Notes under the pieces: model-generated
Seen by the model: the letters and a program-made list of their open reading frames with translations, nothing else
What the model was told of the DNA's origin: nothing
Database searches by the model: none
IMG/VR virus record: IMGVR_UViG_3300038560_000007
Location: 15,615 to 79,614 of that record
DNA length: 64,000 nt
Source of the DNA: a virus
Direction: 5' to 3' (one strand)
Shown: in pieces, positions 26,911 through 38,789 of the stretch
How the letters are laid out: every line of letters starts with the position of its first letter
How positions within the stretch are numbered: position 1 is the first letter of the stretch
Made by a program: the position numbers and the translations under genes

Positions 26911-29667
26911 CTAAGTTGCCACGACCGGGAACAACATCATCATCGCTCCCGCTTCAATAGAATAGTTATCCGCAGAAGCTGACGTATTAGCCTGAAGAGA
27001 CAAAGTCCCTGAGGCTGTAAAGATCGCCCTTAGCCATATGTCTAGTACCTGATAGTGACTACCCATCACCGGACCAGCTATGGGGCCCAGAGCATTGATC
27101 TGATAACCTCCCCAGCTAGATGAACTACTGTTCACTGACCAGCTTGCGTCCAGGTCGGCCTGACTAAAGGTAGGGCCAATGAACTGGAATCTAGGAGTAC
27201 CTGCTGTTGCTTCAGCATAGACTAGGCGAGCATGACAGATATAGGAACCTATGCCTACAGGCAAAGACAGACTAGGTCCCGAGCCCGGGCTTATGGTCTG
27301 ATAAGAAGTGTTAACAACCGTAATGCCTACGCCGGTAGTCGTGAATACGGATAGGTGCCCTGTATCATAGGTGTTACCGTCCGCACCCGAAACATAGTTG
27401 AGAATACCCTCGTTGGCGAACAGTGCAGCCCAGTCCGCCAAAGACTCAGGAGCCGTTGAGTTAGCTAGCCCAAAGCCCGGACCAGGAAAAGCCTGGCCCG
27501 TAGCAGGGTCCGTGCCGGCGTAAGCCGACAGGCTAGCCAGCAGGTTCGTACTGGCTGTAGTCACATACGTAATCTTAATCTGTCCAGTAGCTCCGACCTG
27601 AGTATTACCTCCCCCAGTTGCAGACCCTCCAGCGCCGCCCCCCGGGCCCATGGAAGGACTCTTACCTTGTTCGCTGGAGCTATAGTTACCTCCATGACCT
27701 CCCGGACCGCCTCCGTAGACCGCCGGACCTCCAGCACCGCCAGCGTTACCGGTAACGCTAATACCGCCATTACCTCCTGATAGAGGCCCGCCGGAGCTTC
27801 CGCCTCCGCCGCCGCCATTGCCAGTAGCTGTACCGCCTCCAGCTCCCGGGTTGGCGATCGTATTGGTACTACCGCTACCCCCGTTGCCTGGTGGAGCTGT
27901 ACCCAACCCTCCATGCGCAGTAACCGTAACAGACGTGCCTACGAACGTCGTGGTGTTACCATTAGTAGCATCAGCGCCACCAGAACCAACAACGTAAGCA
28001 CAAGTCCCACTAGGAGTAACTGCTAGGTTGGGCTCGCAGGCGTACTCGCCCCCGCCGCCTCCGCCTGAGCCAGACGGCGCGTGCCCACCCGAGCCGCCGC
28101 CCCAGCACTCAGATTGGACGGCATTAGCAACACCCGTAGGCGAAGTCACAGAGGCTGGAACTGCCCAGTTACCCGAGCCGCTCGAGATCACCTGCTGCAC
28201 CGTCGTAGTATCCCCATAGAGCAAGAACGGTCCAGGATCAAGAGTCAGGGTGTTCCCATTGAATGCAGACCCGTAGATAGCTCCGACGTTCACGTACAAG
28301 CCTTGAGGGTACGAATTGCTATAGGAGTCAGAGCCACTCGCACCCGATATGGCACAGATCAAGTTACCGGTAGTGGGTATACCGTTGTAGATAAGGATCT
28401 CGCCGTTAGTACCATAAGCGAGAAACTGTGCGCCCTCAATCAGAGTACCGTTAACGATGCCTGCGACAATGATGCCTGCTGCGATCTGGATCGCAGTAAT
28501 AGTACCTGCCTGAATGAGCTGACCCGGGACTTGAGGCAGAACTAGAATTGCCTCACCATAGATAGTATCACCTATGGTTCCTGGAGCCATCACTGCACAA
28601 GCCTGCGTTGCAGTCGTCGCCGGAGAAGCCTGAACGGTAGTAACCTGTGTCCACGTATTAGGAGTCACGGTAAATGACTGTGTGCTATTGGACACTACCC
28701 CGCCTGAGGCATTGAGCCAGGAGAAACCCAGGACAGCTGTTGCGTCCGTAGAATACACCCATGCAGTAACAAGGTATTGCGTACTAGCCGTAATAGGGAA
28801 TGGCTGAACGCTTTCCTCCATGTAGCCACCGGAGCCTGTTAGAGAAAAAGCCCCGGCGTAGCCATAGGGAGATCCTGCAGGAGGAGTTGCCGTAACTACA
28901 AAGTTCCCGTTAGTTCCAGTCCAACCTACGCCGCTGCCTCCTGCGAAATACGGATTGGAGTTAAGAACGCCAATGTTCCCAATCAAAGAGGCTGCAAGAG
29001 CACCAGTCAATAGTTCCGTAGGAACAGAGCCAGACCCGTTGTTATTAAGTGTCCAACCCAAGCCTATGTTACCTGGAGCATTAACTTGGACGTTATCAAC
29101 GTAGAGCGCATACCCTGCCGGCGTAGTCTCATTATCATTAACCGAGACGATACAGTAGGACGTGTTATTAGGCACAGCCAGCGCATTGAGCTGGAGTGTA
29201 GTCTCACCCTGCGCAGCCATAGCTAGACCCGTAGTGGGATAGCTATCCAACAGGACGCTACTAGAGTTATAGAACGCAATAGTAAGTGTAACTTGACCTA
29301 GAACCTGAGGCGCGTAAACGTCCGCCTGAACATTTATCTGTGTAACACTGCTAACAGGAACCGTAAGCTCAGGAGAACTAGCCCCCATATTTGAGCCACC
29401 AGTACTGATTATCTCCAGAGAGTAACTACCTTCGGTAGCCCAAGCAACCGAAGAAGATAGAGTCGCTACGGATCCTACCCAACTATCCGTTGAGTTCTCA
29501 AACGACCAGTTAATAAGCGAAGGCAGACTACTAAGGCTAGCTCGGTTTAGAACGCCCCCTATTTCAGTCGGGTTGTTAACTATATTCTCAATCCGCTTGA
29601 GGCGCTTGTTCAGACTATTGATAGTCGCAACGAGACGATCTTGAGCCCGTACTGGATGCCCGGTCAT
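26911..29667 (-). CDS. Minor tail protein with carbohydrate-binding-like and glycine-rich domains
   Basis: N-terminal coiled coil, NWSFE/NPYF CBM-like modules, WGGGSGG...GGGGGGEY Gly-rich domain. Confidence 0.8.
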   Translation of the reverse strand: MTGHPVRAQDRLVATINSLNKRLKRIENIVNNPTEIGGVLNRASLSSLPSLINWSFENSTDSWVGSVATLSSSVAWATEGSYSLEIISTGGSNMGASSPELTVPVSSVTQINVQADVYAPQVLGQVTLTIAFYNSSSVLLDSYPTTGLAMAAQGETTLQLNALAVPNNTSYCIVSVNDNETTPAGYALYVDNVQVNAPGNIGLGWTLNNNGSGSVPTELLTGALAASLIGNIGVLNSNPYFAGGSGVGWTGTNGNFVVTATPPAGSPYGYAGAFSLTGSGGYMEESVQPFPITASTQYLVTAWVYSTDATAVLGFSWLNASGGVVSNSTQSFTVTPNTWTQVTTVQASPATTATQACAVMAPGTIGDTIYGEAILVLPQVPGQLIQAGTITAIQIAAGIIVAGIVNGTLIEGAQFLAYGTNGEILIYNGIPTTGNLICAISGASGSDSYSNSYPQGLYVNVGAIYGSAFNGNTLTLDPGPFLLYGDTTTVQQVISSGSGNWAVPASVTSPTGVANAVQSECWGGGSGGHAPSGSGGGGGGEYACEPNLAVTPSGTCAYVVGSGGADATNGNTTTFVGTSVTVTAHGGLGTAPPGNGGSGSTNTIANPGAGGGTATGNGGGGGGSSGGPLSGGNGGISVTGNAGGAGGPAVYGGGPGGHGGNYSSSEQGKSPSMGPGGGAGGSATGGGNTQVGATGQIKITYVTTASTNLLASLSAYAGTDPATGQAFPGPGFGLANSTAPESLADWAALFANEGILNYVSGADGNTYDTGHLSVFTTTGVGITVVNTSYQTISPGSGPSLSLPVGIGSYICHARLVYAEATAGTPRFQFIGPTFSQADLDASWSVNSSSSSWGGYQINALGPIAGPVMGSHYQVLDIWLRAIFTASGTLSLQANTSASADNYSIEAGAMMMLFPVVAT

Positions 29668-30962
29668 GGTGTAGGCCCAATCTGCAGACCGCCTAGAGTA
29701 AACTGAGTCTGCTCAGCTTGTTCCCCCGTAGGAAACGTTAGTGTCCAAGAGGTAATACGAAGCAACTCAGCTATTCCTGGTACGCCATTAGCTCCAGCAG
29801 GATGAAGCGGTGAGGTCGCTATACAGTATACCTCATCGCCCAGCTGAGTGTCCTTAATCTGCACGGGGGCTTGAGGCCCCAACGTAAAGATAGGTTGCAA
29901 TGACTTATTCACCGCTGTTGTATACAAAAGCTCTTTAGCATAGCCGTTAATCTGAGTCTGAGAAGTAACAGTGCCATAGAACGAAGATGTAGCCTCCAAC
30001 AAGGGCCAACCGGCGCTCAACTCACTACTGGCCAGAGCTACAGCGACATACGTCTTGGGATTAGTTCCTCCACCCTGACCCGTTACAGTCATACTATTAG
30101 CTGGACTCGTAGGAATCCACTGCCAGGCGTAGTCCACCATTCCCTGGCCGGGGAAGACAAATTGAAGACCCGTATTCTGATACAACCTACCCATCTGAGG
30201 TAGACCGAGCTGCACCTGGGTATACAAAGACCCAGCAGGCGTAATAGCCGGTGTGAGAGCGAACTCAAGGCCGTACGCGTTAACAAGATCATTCCAGTTG
30301 TCATAGATCGACTGATAACCCGCTTCCTCCGTAATGGAGGCAATGACGCCGGAGTACTCAACAGTATCCACGATACCTGAAGTGTTAGCATACTGCCCTG
30401 ACCCTGCGATCTGGCCATTCGGGCTCTTGCTCAAGGCGTACTGAAGTTCATCCCGGAAGATCTCGAATACGTCCAGGTTAGTATATGTCAACACCTTAGA
30501 CGTTACACGACACTGGAACATCTGCTCCATAGAGGCAGCCTGAATAGGAAGTTGGCCGTCCATGATCGAGTCAGGAGACCAAGCAGTAATCGGGCCGTTA
30601 AAGATCGGCTGGCCATTCTGCAAGATCCAGAGTACAGACTTCCAAGGAATGCAAGCGTTGACCCAAGTCTGCACAATGCTGGAACTAGTAACGGGATCTA
30701 TCCCAACCTCTAGCATCTGCGCATCCGCAGTTTTCAAAGCCAAATACCCTTGGAACTGTCCAACGTTATTAATCTGCCTAGTTGCAGTCTGTCCAATCAT
30801 AGGGAGATTATCCGCGAGGACTGCACCGGTCAGGATATTCGTCGTAATGAACTGATACTCGTTAGCCTCCGGAGCGCCTGCAGCCGGAGATACCAGGGCA
30901 TGCGCCATCTGCAAGGAATACGCAGCCAGCGCACCGCCCACAGGCTCCATGGACATCGTCAT
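29664..30962 (-). CDS. Minor tail protein (baseplate hub / Tal-like)
   Basis: Position after Dit; LWILQNGQPIFNGPI and GWPLLE patterns. Confidence 0.75.
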   Translation of the reverse strand: MTMSMEPVGGALAAYSLQMAHALVSPAAGAPEANEYQFITTNILTGAVLADNLPMIGQTATRQINNVGQFQGYLALKTADAQMLEVGIDPVTSSSIVQTWVNACIPWKSVLWILQNGQPIFNGPITAWSPDSIMDGQLPIQAASMEQMFQCRVTSKVLTYTNLDVFEIFRDELQYALSKSPNGQIAGSGQYANTSGIVDTVEYSGVIASITEEAGYQSIYDNWNDLVNAYGLEFALTPAITPAGSLYTQVQLGLPQMGRLYQNTGLQFVFPGQGMVDYAWQWIPTSPANSMTVTGQGGGTNPKTYVAVALASSELSAGWPLLEATSSFYGTVTSQTQINGYAKELLYTTAVNKSLQPIFTLGPQAPVQIKDTQLGDEVYCIATSPLHPAGANGVPGIAELLRITSWTLTFPTGEQAEQTQFTLGGLQIGPTP

Positions 30963-32026
30963 AGCGACGCCTGTGAAACGAAGAGGTCGATCGGGTAGCT
31001 AGAAGCCCCACCGAGCGTAACCGTGTTACCGGCCGACATGTACAGAGGCTGTCCACGGAACTGAATCGTGTGACTGCCAGCCGCAGGAGTTGTACCCTTG
31101 GCCGAGCTAGTCTGATAGAGCACTACCGAGTTGCCACACCTGTAGTTCGTACCATCGATCTTGGTAGTCGTACTGTAGTACGCACCCTGCTGAACCAGAG
31201 TCGAGTCGATGTAGATGCGTTGGTTGATCGCGAACGGGTTATTGGCAGACCACATGTCCATCGCCTGTGCGATGATCAGCAAGTCTACGCCGCCAGGGCT
31301 AGTGATAGTACAAGACAGGAACGTCGTCTCGCTGCCATACGTCGCGGTCAGGTTAGTAGTCGAGATTGTCTCAGCCGCTGGGAAGGAGTAGACGTGAAGT
31401 GGCCCAGCACCGCTGGGACCTAGAGCAAACAGGCGACTATTCACGACGTCATAGCCGAGCTGTCCAGTTGCACCAGCCGGCAGACTAGCCATGTTCGGAC
31501 AGACTAGAACACCGCCGGGAGCTATAGCGAAGAACCGCTCGTCAGTAATGTTCGTCTGCAGGATACTAGAGACGCCAGAGCCTACCGCGATCTGAGCCAG
31601 AACAAGTGAGTTGTTCGGAGCCGTAGGTGCAACACCCGGGTTCCCAGCTGTGCCCTCGACATAAAGCAACTGAGCATACGACGAACTACTACCCAGGTCA
31701 TCCACGTTGATACAGATCAAGTCGATTCGCGTGTTAGGCGAACCCGGTGCAGTCGCAACGGTCAATGTCTGCAACGAAGGACTCGTAGGACGATAAGCAC
31801 CCTGAGTCGCACCCGAGTTACTCGGAATGACTGCCGACCCAGGATTGACAGTGATGTTCATGCCGCTAGAGGCAAGCACCTGAAGAGGGTTGCTAATGCT
31901 TTGCAGGACGCCTCCTACCGACCCGCCCAGATACGTACTAGCAGCGATATCTAGACGACCGATGGTATCGTTCCACGTAGACCCCGCAAGGTATCCGCAG
32001 TAGCCTAGGTTGATCGAAGTAGCCAA
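30959..32026 (-). CDS. Minor tail protein
   Basis: NTRIDLI...LAQIAV...NITDER pattern. Confidence 0.75.
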   Translation of the reverse strand: MATSINLGYCGYLAGSTWNDTIGRLDIAASTYLGGSVGGVLQSISNPLQVLASSGMNITVNPGSAVIPSNSGATQGAYRPTSPSLQTLTVATAPGSPNTRIDLICINVDDLGSSSSYAQLLYVEGTAGNPGVAPTAPNNSLVLAQIAVGSGVSSILQTNITDERFFAIAPGGVLVCPNMASLPAGATGQLGYDVVNSRLFALGPSGAGPLHVYSFPAAETISTTNLTATYGSETTFLSCTITSPGGVDLLIIAQAMDMWSANNPFAINQRIYIDSTLVQQGAYYSTTTKIDGTNYRCGNSVVLYQTSSAKGTTPAAGSHTIQFRGQPLYMSAGNTVTLGGASSYPIDLFVSQASL

Positions 32027-32035
32027 GGCATTCTC

Positions 32036-32926
32036 CTATATCCAAGCATCTCGGTGCTGAATGATCATGAGTCCCTGATCGCCTGAGAGGTGATTACCTG
32101 TCAGCAACTGGACGGAATTAATACCTGGAGGCAGCGACCACCAGGACGAGGTGATGTCAGCAGGTACGTAGGCTCCGTTGTGCCAGGCCATCTTAGCATC
32201 AAAGTCAGCGATCAGCTGATCACCGCTGTTCAATGTTACAGTGCTCCAGGTCACCTGCTGACCCGTGTTTACCAGCTTAAGACCGGGAGCATGCATGGGG
32301 CCTACCACTTGAATGATCGGGCGCGTCTCGAAATTACCCGCATTCGTATTACCTGTAGCAGGCTGTACAACTCCAGCAGGAAAGATCAGTGGAATGGTAA
32401 AGGGGATCGTGCTATAGTTCGGCGAGATAAGTGAAGCCGATGGCCATTGCTTCAGAACCGTAGAGTATTTACGGGGATCCGGCGCAATCAAGACAACCGC
32501 GAAGACGACCTCGTTTAGGTTGTCATACTGCTCCACGATCTGACCTGAGCGCCTTACCGCCATCTGCTTCGGGATAGGCTCATTATACTGAAGCATAGCC
32601 AGGTCATTAACCGGAATGACCTGCTGTAGAATCGATCGAGACAGATCACGAATAGCCCACGTAGGGCTACTCGCTCGAAGCGACAGGGTCAAAGCTCTCG
32701 GGGCGTACCACTGGCCTGTAGCCCAGCCACCAGTGTCAGCCCCTCGCTGAAGAACCGCACCAGCAACGTCGGGACTATCCCACCCCTGAATGCCTTGCCA
32801 GATCCAGTCAATGCCATTCGCGTCAGGACCCGTACCAATGCTAACTACGAGAGGCGAGGTCATATAGGGCGCCTGGTAGCTAATCGAGCCTGACCAAAAC
32901 CCTGCGTCCGTACTCATGACGCTCAT
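32036..32926 (-). CDS. Distal tail protein (Dit)
   Basis: Follows TMP; GWDSP, APDPRKY, NAGN, WWSLPPG, RDAW. Confidence 0.8.
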   Translation of the reverse strand: MSVMSTDAGFWSGSISYQAPYMTSPLVVSIGTGPDANGIDWIWQGIQGWDSPDVAGAVLQRGADTGGWATGQWYAPRALTLSLRASSPTWAIRDLSRSILQQVIPVNDLAMLQYNEPIPKQMAVRRSGQIVEQYDNLNEVVFAVVLIAPDPRKYSTVLKQWPSASLISPNYSTIPFTIPLIFPAGVVQPATGNTNAGNFETRPIIQVVGPMHAPGLKLVNTGQQVTWSTVTLNSGDQLIADFDAKMAWHNGAYVPADITSSWWSLPPGINSVQLLTGNHLSGDQGLMIIQHRDAWI

Positions 32927-35900
32927 GGAGCCACCCCTAGCGCTAGAACCAGGTCCATCCTCATCTGAGCCCTCTGCTGCGGCGAAGGATACTGCGGACC
33001 GTAGTAGTTCATGTTGATCATAGGCCCGCCAGGATTGGCCCCGCCTCGCATGGGCCCTCCAGGGATAATCGTCGCGCCCTGATCACCGGCCATGGCAAAC
33101 TCAGGACCGTTCTCGCCTACGATGCCTATCTGACCTGGCGGAATATATCCACCGGCGGCATAGCCTACATACGGACGCCCCTGTTCGACGGCGATGACAC
33201 CTGGCACGTTCCAGACGCTACCGTACCTAGCCTTGATATAGTTAATGGCTGCGGCAGCGTTAGCTACTGGATCATAAATGTTCCAGCTAGTGCCCGCCTG
33301 ATGATAAGCATCGAACGTGGTCATGATGGTCTGCATTAGACCTCGCGAAGGATCGCCCGCTGCAGCGTTCGAGTCCGTCAGGTTGATCGCGTTCGGGTTA
33401 TCACCAGACTCGTGAGAGGCGATGATCTCCAGACCGCTAAGCCAGGAGGACGAAGTCTTAGTATCCTTCAGAGCGGTCATGAGCCAAGCTACAGTCTGCG
33501 CTGTGGTCGCAACACCACCCTTGCCTGGTGTACCGGCCATCATCTGCTGGGCCATAGCTGCCAAGGCATTCGCCGAAGCATTCAGCGTGTCCTGGTACTC
33601 CGTATCCGCCCAAGACCCTAGACCTGTAATACTGTCACTGTTATAGCTACCTACGACGCCGCCATCCTGATATCCGGGAACGCCCATCTTCTTGAAGAGC
33701 GGAGCTAGCTTCTGACTAGTCTCCTTGGACACGACGGTCTCACCAGGCTCTGCCAGAAGCGGGAATATGTCCCCGCCGCCGTAGCCTGGGATCCTCATGC
33801 CTTCTCTAGCTGTCGACTGTGAGCCTCCGGGCGCGACGAGCTTACCCAGCGAAGTCTGATAACTCCACTGCCCAGTAGCACTAATGTGAATCGCTAGCTG
33901 CTTTTCCAGAGGCAACCTAGACAGGGCCTGACCGTACTTTTCCGTCTTCGAAGTAGCGATAACCGCAGCCTCGCTATCATCGCCCAATGATCGAGCATAC
34001 GTTTCAGCGATCGTGTTCGCCTGCTTGTTATTCCCCGTCACGTTCGTCAAGAGCTGAACTAGGTTCTGATAGTCCTGCCTAGTAATGTTAGACTGCGCAC
34101 CGTTCTTCTGAAGCGAGTTCGTGTAGTTCTCAGTCGCTTGCTGAACGTTATCAACCTTCAGCTTGGCCGCGTCCATCTGAGCGATGATGTCCTGCGCCAT
34201 GACGTTACCCAAGTTCTGAGCAACCTGAGCCATGTTGCCCATCTTCTGAGTCGTCGAATCGATGATCTCCTGAAGATTCTTCGTCGCGTCGTGAGTATTA
34301 CCCAACCACTTTGTTAGGGTCGTAAGGTTATCGGTAGTCGGTCCACCGGCCTGCTGAGCCAGGGCATCCAGCTCCGTGATCGCCGTCTTGTTAGTTCCCA
34401 CAAACGGGATCATCTCAGCGACCATGTCCTTGATAGCCTTTGTAAACTGACCGCCACTCAGTTCGCCTTCAGAGCCTGCCTCACGCAGCCAGTCGATTAG
34501 CTGCGGAGCAGAACTTCCGATTATCTGGTCCAAGTTCTGCCAAGCCTGTGCGCCCGTTGACCCTGCAGTATTTAGAGACTCTGCAAACTTCTTCGTACTT
34601 AGGCTCATACCGGTCATAGACTCAGAAAACGAGAACTTCGAAGTGTCTGTAATGTTCGTTAGGTTAGTCAGTCCCTGAGTAAAGGAACCTAGGTTACTAG
34701 TGCCACCAGTAATAGACTGCATCCAAGCATCCCAGGCCTGATTTAGCTCAGATACCTTCGTAGCCTGCTCACCCGCCTGGATAGCTAGCGCAGTCATGTC
34801 CCTACCGACTATGCCTGCAGGCTGGCCCATGGCCTGATACCCTGCAACTAGGTCAGCAATCTTCAGCCGGTTAATGTCGGCAGCTTCACTCGTTCCGGTA
34901 ATACCGTCTGCCAAGTGAACGTTTGCCATCTGGGCCAAAGCGAGCGCACCGATATAAGAGGTGCCATACGTCTTTTCCAAGAAGGCAATGCCGCCGCCCA
35001 CGCGAGCCGTAGTCTGTAGCAGATCCTTCTGCTCGGTATTAAGATCCGAAACCCTCTGCGTAACGATGCCCGCAACCTCGCCATAGCCTCGCATAGGCGT
35101 AGTGTCATACATACTGTTTAGGCTCTTCTGCGACTCCTGTGCATAGTCCATCTGCTGATCGAGCTGCTCAAAGGACTTAGCCAGCTTATCGATAACGTCA
35201 AAGTTAGAAGTAGACTGAATCGCCGCGTTGAGGCTCGATATCCATTCTTCCGTTGCAGTCTTCGCGGTCATGATCTTGTATGCGAGGAACCCAAACGCTG
35301 CAGCGCCAATGACAACTACGGAGGCCAACCCAGGACCCATACTGTTTGCGGCGTCACCTATCTCAACACCGGCCTTACCGATAGCGCCGCCAGCCTTATC
35401 AGCAGCTCCTCCTACTTCCCCGAAGCTGCCCACCATCGCGCCGATTCGCAGCATAAACGAGCCGATGATAGATCCAGCCGTACCTAGGATAGTCGAGAAG
35501 TACTCTCCAAACTTCGCGAGCAGCGGAATTCCCTCACCCAGTACCATCCCGCTAATGGCAGCGCCCATACGAGCAAACAGAGTAATGAATAGACCACCCC
35601 AACGATAGAACTCTTCGATGACAATGATAGCCATAACAAGAGGCTTGGGCAGCTCGGAGAACCACTTAATGAGTTCTATAACACCATCAACCATAGCCAA
35701 CAAGACATGAACTAGTCCAGGCATATCGGCAGCGAGATGTACAATCGCATCACCGAGGTTACCGAAGATCCGAGCGATCTCGACCGCGTCTTCTGTCATG
35801 CCCCCGAGCAGACCCTTAGCCAGGCCCGCACCACCAGCAGACAGATCATATTGAACCTTCGCCAAGAAGGTGTCAAAGATGCCTATAATCTTGAGACCTT

Positions 35901-36666
35901 CAGCAGCCAAGTCTACGGTGTGCATCCTGGCGACTTCGATCGCGGCACCCATAGCCTGATACACCATTGGGTTAGCCATGTTCTGAGCCCGTTGTAGCTC
36001 ATTCCCAATGCCCAGAGCCTCACCCAACGTCTTATGAAACATGTTAGTAGTGGCTTCAGATGCAGTCCACAGAGACGTCATGTGCTGAGCAGCCATCTGA
36101 ACGCCCTGCGCAGCATCAGCCGCTGCACCACCTAGAGCGACTGCCGCCGGGACTACGACTGCAGCCAGCTCCGCACCTGCAGCAAGGATCCAGTGCAGCC
36201 ACTGAGCCCAGTTCTTTGTCCAGCCTCCGCCGCCAGCACCGAGGATGAAGTTGATCCCGCCCAGCTCTGCAGCAACGTCCCGAATCTTCTCAAAAGATTC
36301 CGCCGTGGCGCGCGCACTAGCATCCAGGAGCATGACATCCGTAATGGCTGTACTAATGCCATCCAGATTAACCTGGATGTTGAATTCCTTCTGAAGGACC
36401 TCGATCATTCCCATGATCTCAAGCCACTCAGCGTCGAACTCGGCCTTGTTAATGCCAACGTTAATAGAACGGTCGTGAAGGGCTGCTAGCCTGGCATTGA
36501 TTACAGCAATAGTCGCATCGAGCTTTTGCTGGTCGATCGACACGCCAACCGCACGGTCCTTGATCTCTGCCAGCTTGGCCTCTACAACACCTATCTGCTC
36601 ATCAAGCCGTGCTTGGTCGATCTCGACGTCGACATAAGCACTAGCAATCCTAAAACCGTCTGGCAC
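32923..36666 (-). CDS. Tape measure protein with a C-terminal lytic transglycosylase domain
   Basis: 1247 aa, Ala-rich and helical; IASAYVDV start; [11 protein letters not shown]...SRGLMQ...[18 protein letters not shown]; VGENGPE. Confidence 0.92.
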   Translation of the reverse strand: MPDGFRIASAYVDVEIDQARLDEQIGVVEAKLAEIKDRAVGVSIDQQKLDATIAVINARLAALHDRSINVGINKAEFDAEWLEIMGMIEVLQKEFNIQVNLDGISTAITDVMLLDASARATAESFEKIRDVAAELGGINFILGAGGGGWTKNWAQWLHWILAAGAELAAVVVPAAVALGGAAADAAQGVQMAAQHMTSLWTASEATTNMFHKTLGEALGIGNELQRAQNMANPMVYQAMGAAIEVARMHTVDLAAEGLKIIGIFDTFLAKVQYDLSAGGAGLAKGLLGGMTEDAVEIARIFGNLGDAIVHLAADMPGLVHVLLAMVDGVIELIKWFSELPKPLVMAIIVIEEFYRWGGLFITLFARMGAAISGMVLGEGIPLLAKFGEYFSTILGTAGSIIGSFMLRIGAMVGSFGEVGGAADKAGGAIGKAGVEIGDAANSMGPGLASVVVIGAAAFGFLAYKIMTAKTATEEWISSLNAAIQSTSNFDVIDKLAKSFEQLDQQMDYAQESQKSLNSMYDTTPMRGYGEVAGIVTQRVSDLNTEQKDLLQTTARVGGGIAFLEKTYGTSYIGALALAQMANVHLADGITGTSEAADINRLKIADLVAGYQAMGQPAGIVGRDMTALAIQAGEQATKVSELNQAWDAWMQSITGGTSNLGSFTQGLTNLTNITDTSKFSFSESMTGMSLSTKKFAESLNTAGSTGAQAWQNLDQIIGSSAPQLIDWLREAGSEGELSGGQFTKAIKDMVAEMIPFVGTNKTAITELDALAQQAGGPTTDNLTTLTKWLGNTHDATKNLQEIIDSTTQKMGNMAQVAQNLGNVMAQDIIAQMDAAKLKVDNVQQATENYTNSLQKNGAQSNITRQDYQNLVQLLTNVTGNNKQANTIAETYARSLGDDSEAAVIATSKTEKYGQALSRLPLEKQLAIHISATGQWSYQTSLGKLVAPGGSQSTAREGMRIPGYGGGDIFPLLAEPGETVVSKETSQKLAPLFKKMGVPGYQDGGVVGSYNSDSITGLGSWADTEYQDTLNASANALAAMAQQMMAGTPGKGGVATTAQTVAWLMTALKDTKTSSSWLSGLEIIASHESGDNPNAINLTDSNAAAGDPSRGLMQTIMTTFDAYHQAGTSWNIYDPVANAAAAINYIKARYGSVWNVPGVIAVEQGRPYVGYAAGGYIPPGQIGIVGENGPEFAMAGDQGATIIPGGPMRGGANPGGPMINMNYYGPQYPSPQQRAQMRMDLVLALGVAP

Positions 36667-37085
36667 TAGGTCATCTCCGCAATCTCAAACAACCCAACAT
36701 CCTGACCGATAGCGGGAGCGGGGCGATACATCGCTGCCAACTGCTCGCGTGTCAAGGGAGGCACATCCGCCGATGGAGCCGACGAGGCTCTCGGATCCGA
36801 CTGCTGAGGAGCCTGAGCCTCGGGAGCCTCCTGCTGTCGAGCCGTCTCGACGTCTCCGGGAATAGCCGAGGCGAAGACTGCGCCGTTGTAAGACACCAGC
36901 CTATGCGCCAGGAGGAAGAACGTCGGCCCATCAAGTTCATTGGCATCCCTTATCCCATGCAGAGCACTCAGATCACTAGCAATGTCCCCTAGGTAGTTGA
37001 TGGTCCAGAGGATCTGCGCTGCGCGCTGCTTCCATTCTGGCCCGTTCTCGAACTCCCGTTGGAGCTCCTCTTCCGTTCTTTTGGG
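36666..37085 (-). CDS. Tail assembly chaperone, -1 frameshift extension (gpGT-like)
   Basis: The -1 frame after CCCAAAA is open ([10 protein letters not shown]...[20 protein letters not shown]...RLVSYNGAV) up to the TMP start. Confidence 0.75.
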   Translation of the reverse strand, partial: PKRTEEELQREFENGPEWKQRAAQILWTINYLGDIASDLSALHGIRDANELDGPTFFLLAHRLVSYNGAVFASAIPGDVETARQQEAPEAQAPQQSDPRASSAPSADVPPLTREQLAAMYRPAPAIGQDVGLFEIAEMT

Positions 37086-37429
37086 CCTGTAGAGATGGCA
37101 ACTGCACGACTCATCACGTCGTCGAAGTCTTTCTGAGTCAACTTGTCGTACGTCATGAGCGCCCTGTAACCCTCGTTACCTAGCAGGCTGTTGAGAAGGA
37201 AGTAGTTCGCCTCAGCTTCACCCTTCGTATGCAAGAGGTAGAGGTATCGAAGCCCGACGTTCGGCGCCGGCTTGGCAGGTACCGTGTATTCCTTATCATC
37301 GATGTAGAACAACGGCATGCGCTTCGATGCCCCAACCTCTGCATCACTCCTAAGCCTAACCGCCGGAACAATTTGTCCGACGACCGAGCCTTCGATCGTG
37401 TCTTCGCTAGTGTCCGCCATTGAAGACAC
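36989..37429 (-). CDS. Tail assembly chaperone (gpG-like)
   Basis: Between tail tube and TMP; LFYIDDKEYTVP; ends GPKE at the slippery site. Confidence 0.8.
   Translation of the reverse strand: MSSMADTSEDTIEGSVVGQIVPAVRLRSDAEVGASKRMPLFYIDDKEYTVPAKPAPNVGLRYLYLLHTKGEAEANYFLLNSLLGNEGYRALMTYDKLTQKDFDDVMSRAVAISTGPKERKRSSNGSSRTGQNGSSAQRRSSGPSTT
37079..37085 (-). promoter_or_regulatory. Programmed -1 frameshift heptamer C CCA AAA
   Basis: XXXYYYZ in the correct phase (GGC CCA AAA GAA). Confidence 0.75.
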
Positions 37430-37433
37430 CTCC

Positions 37434-38027
37434 TTACGCGGTCTGGTCTTGGATATGGAAGGGGGCGATCGTCGACGACACGTAGTATGCCGTAAACGTA
37501 CAGTCCCAGGTAACCTGATTGGTCAGGTCGTACTTCGCGCTCGCCTTCAGATCGTCAAGCACCTTCCGAACGATGATCCGACGGCGTGCCTGGAGGCCCG
37601 TAGCAAGCGTAGGCGCCCAGCCATCGATGATGAGCCCGATGTACGTCGGCTGCGTAGCTGACGTGGTAGTAATCGGGTCCAGGGTGGTAACTCCCGACAG
37701 CGGGTTCTGGATCGCGACCTGGTTCATCGCTAGCCACAGGTTCTGCATCGTGGCTTCCAGAAGGTTCGCCATCACCTGGATCGTCCTACCAGAGAGGCGA
37801 GCCCCGATGGGGTCGATGTTCTGATCGGCCTTGATCTGAGTATACGTATGCGCTACGCTCAGCGACACGCCTCCCGTAGTAGCACCCAGATCGGTCCAGT
37901 TGGCGTTTCCGGTGACCCACGGAGGCTGCGTAACAGCTGCGTTGGTGTCCGGAGGCTCCGCAGAGCCAAACGCGTTCCAGTACAGGACTGCTGGTCCCTG
38001 GACCACGTTATTCGGGTTGACTGGCAT
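37434..38027 (-). CDS. Major tail (tube) protein
   Basis: NVVQGPA, WTDLGATTGGV, LLEATMQNL; position. Confidence 0.85.
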   Translation of the reverse strand: MPVNPNNVVQGPAVLYWNAFGSAEPPDTNAAVTQPPWVTGNANWTDLGATTGGVSLSVAHTYTQIKADQNIDPIGARLSGRTIQVMANLLEATMQNLWLAMNQVAIQNPLSGVTTLDPITTTSATQPTYIGLIIDGWAPTLATGLQARRRIIVRKVLDDLKASAKYDLTNQVTWDCTFTAYYVSSTIAPFHIQDQTA

Positions 38028-38040
38028 TTCTCACCTCCTA

Positions 38041-38421
38041 TTAGTAGACGCCGGACGCCTGAAGAACGACGCAGAGAACGTTGGTGACGGAGCTGAAGTC
38101 AACCGCGACCTGGCTCGTCCCCGCCTGGTCAAGCGCGGAGTGGAAGGGCCCAAGAAGTGACAGAGTCGAGACCGTCAGAGGCCCAACCGAGAAGGCCGTG
38201 GCGGCTAGCCCGAAGAGCGTAGCGCCGATGTTGACCGTCAGGGTAGAGGCTGTCGTGCCCAGCTGAACTAGCAAGAACGTCTGGCCGGGAACGTTGGTGA
38301 ACTGAACACCATTACCAGCACCCGTGCCGCCCGGTGCAACGCCTGCGGTAGCGAGCGTGTTCAGGTTAGCTGCCGTTGAGTCTGCCGTCAACAGTGTTGG
38401 CGTGAGAATGGTCCTAGCCAT
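38041..38421 (-). CDS. Small virion protein (paralog of 38421..38786)
   Basis: FTNVPGQT...LGPFHSAL...SGVY shared with its neighbour. Confidence 0.7.
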   Translation of the reverse strand: MARTILTPTLLTADSTAANLNTLATAGVAPGGTGAGNGVQFTNVPGQTFLLVQLGTTASTLTVNIGATLFGLAATAFSVGPLTVSTLSLLGPFHSALDQAGTSQVAVDFSSVTNVLCVVLQASGVY

Positions 38422-38786
38422 TAGTACACCCCCGACAGCTGAAGACAGGCCATGCTAGCGACTAGCCCAGCCGACGTAATGACCTGAACGACGTTACTGG
38501 CCCCCGGTAGCTCTAGCGCCGAGTGGAACGGGCCGAGAACGTAGATGGTCGACAGAGTCAGCGTCAGCGCCGTATAGGACGCAAAAGCCTGCCCGAAGAT
38601 AGTCGATCCGACTGTAGTCTGAACGGTCCCACCCGTGCCGCCAACCGAGATAAGCAGGATGGTCTGACCAGGGAAGTTCGGGAACGCAACCGTGTTGCCG
38701 CCTGTAATCACAGTCAGCCCGGTGGTCACGTTGTTCGCTACCGAGTCAGCCCCGCACAGCTGAGCCGTCAGAGTCTGAGTTGCCAT
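38421..38786 (-). CDS. Small virion protein (paralog of 38041..38421)
   Basis: FPNFPGQT...LGPFHSAL...SGVY. Confidence 0.7.
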   Translation of the reverse strand: MATQTLTAQLCGADSVANNVTTGLTVITGGNTVAFPNFPGQTILLISVGGTGGTVQTTVGSTIFGQAFASYTALTLTLSTIYVLGPFHSALELPGASNVVQVITSAGLVASMACLQLSGVY

Positions 38787-38789
38787 TCG

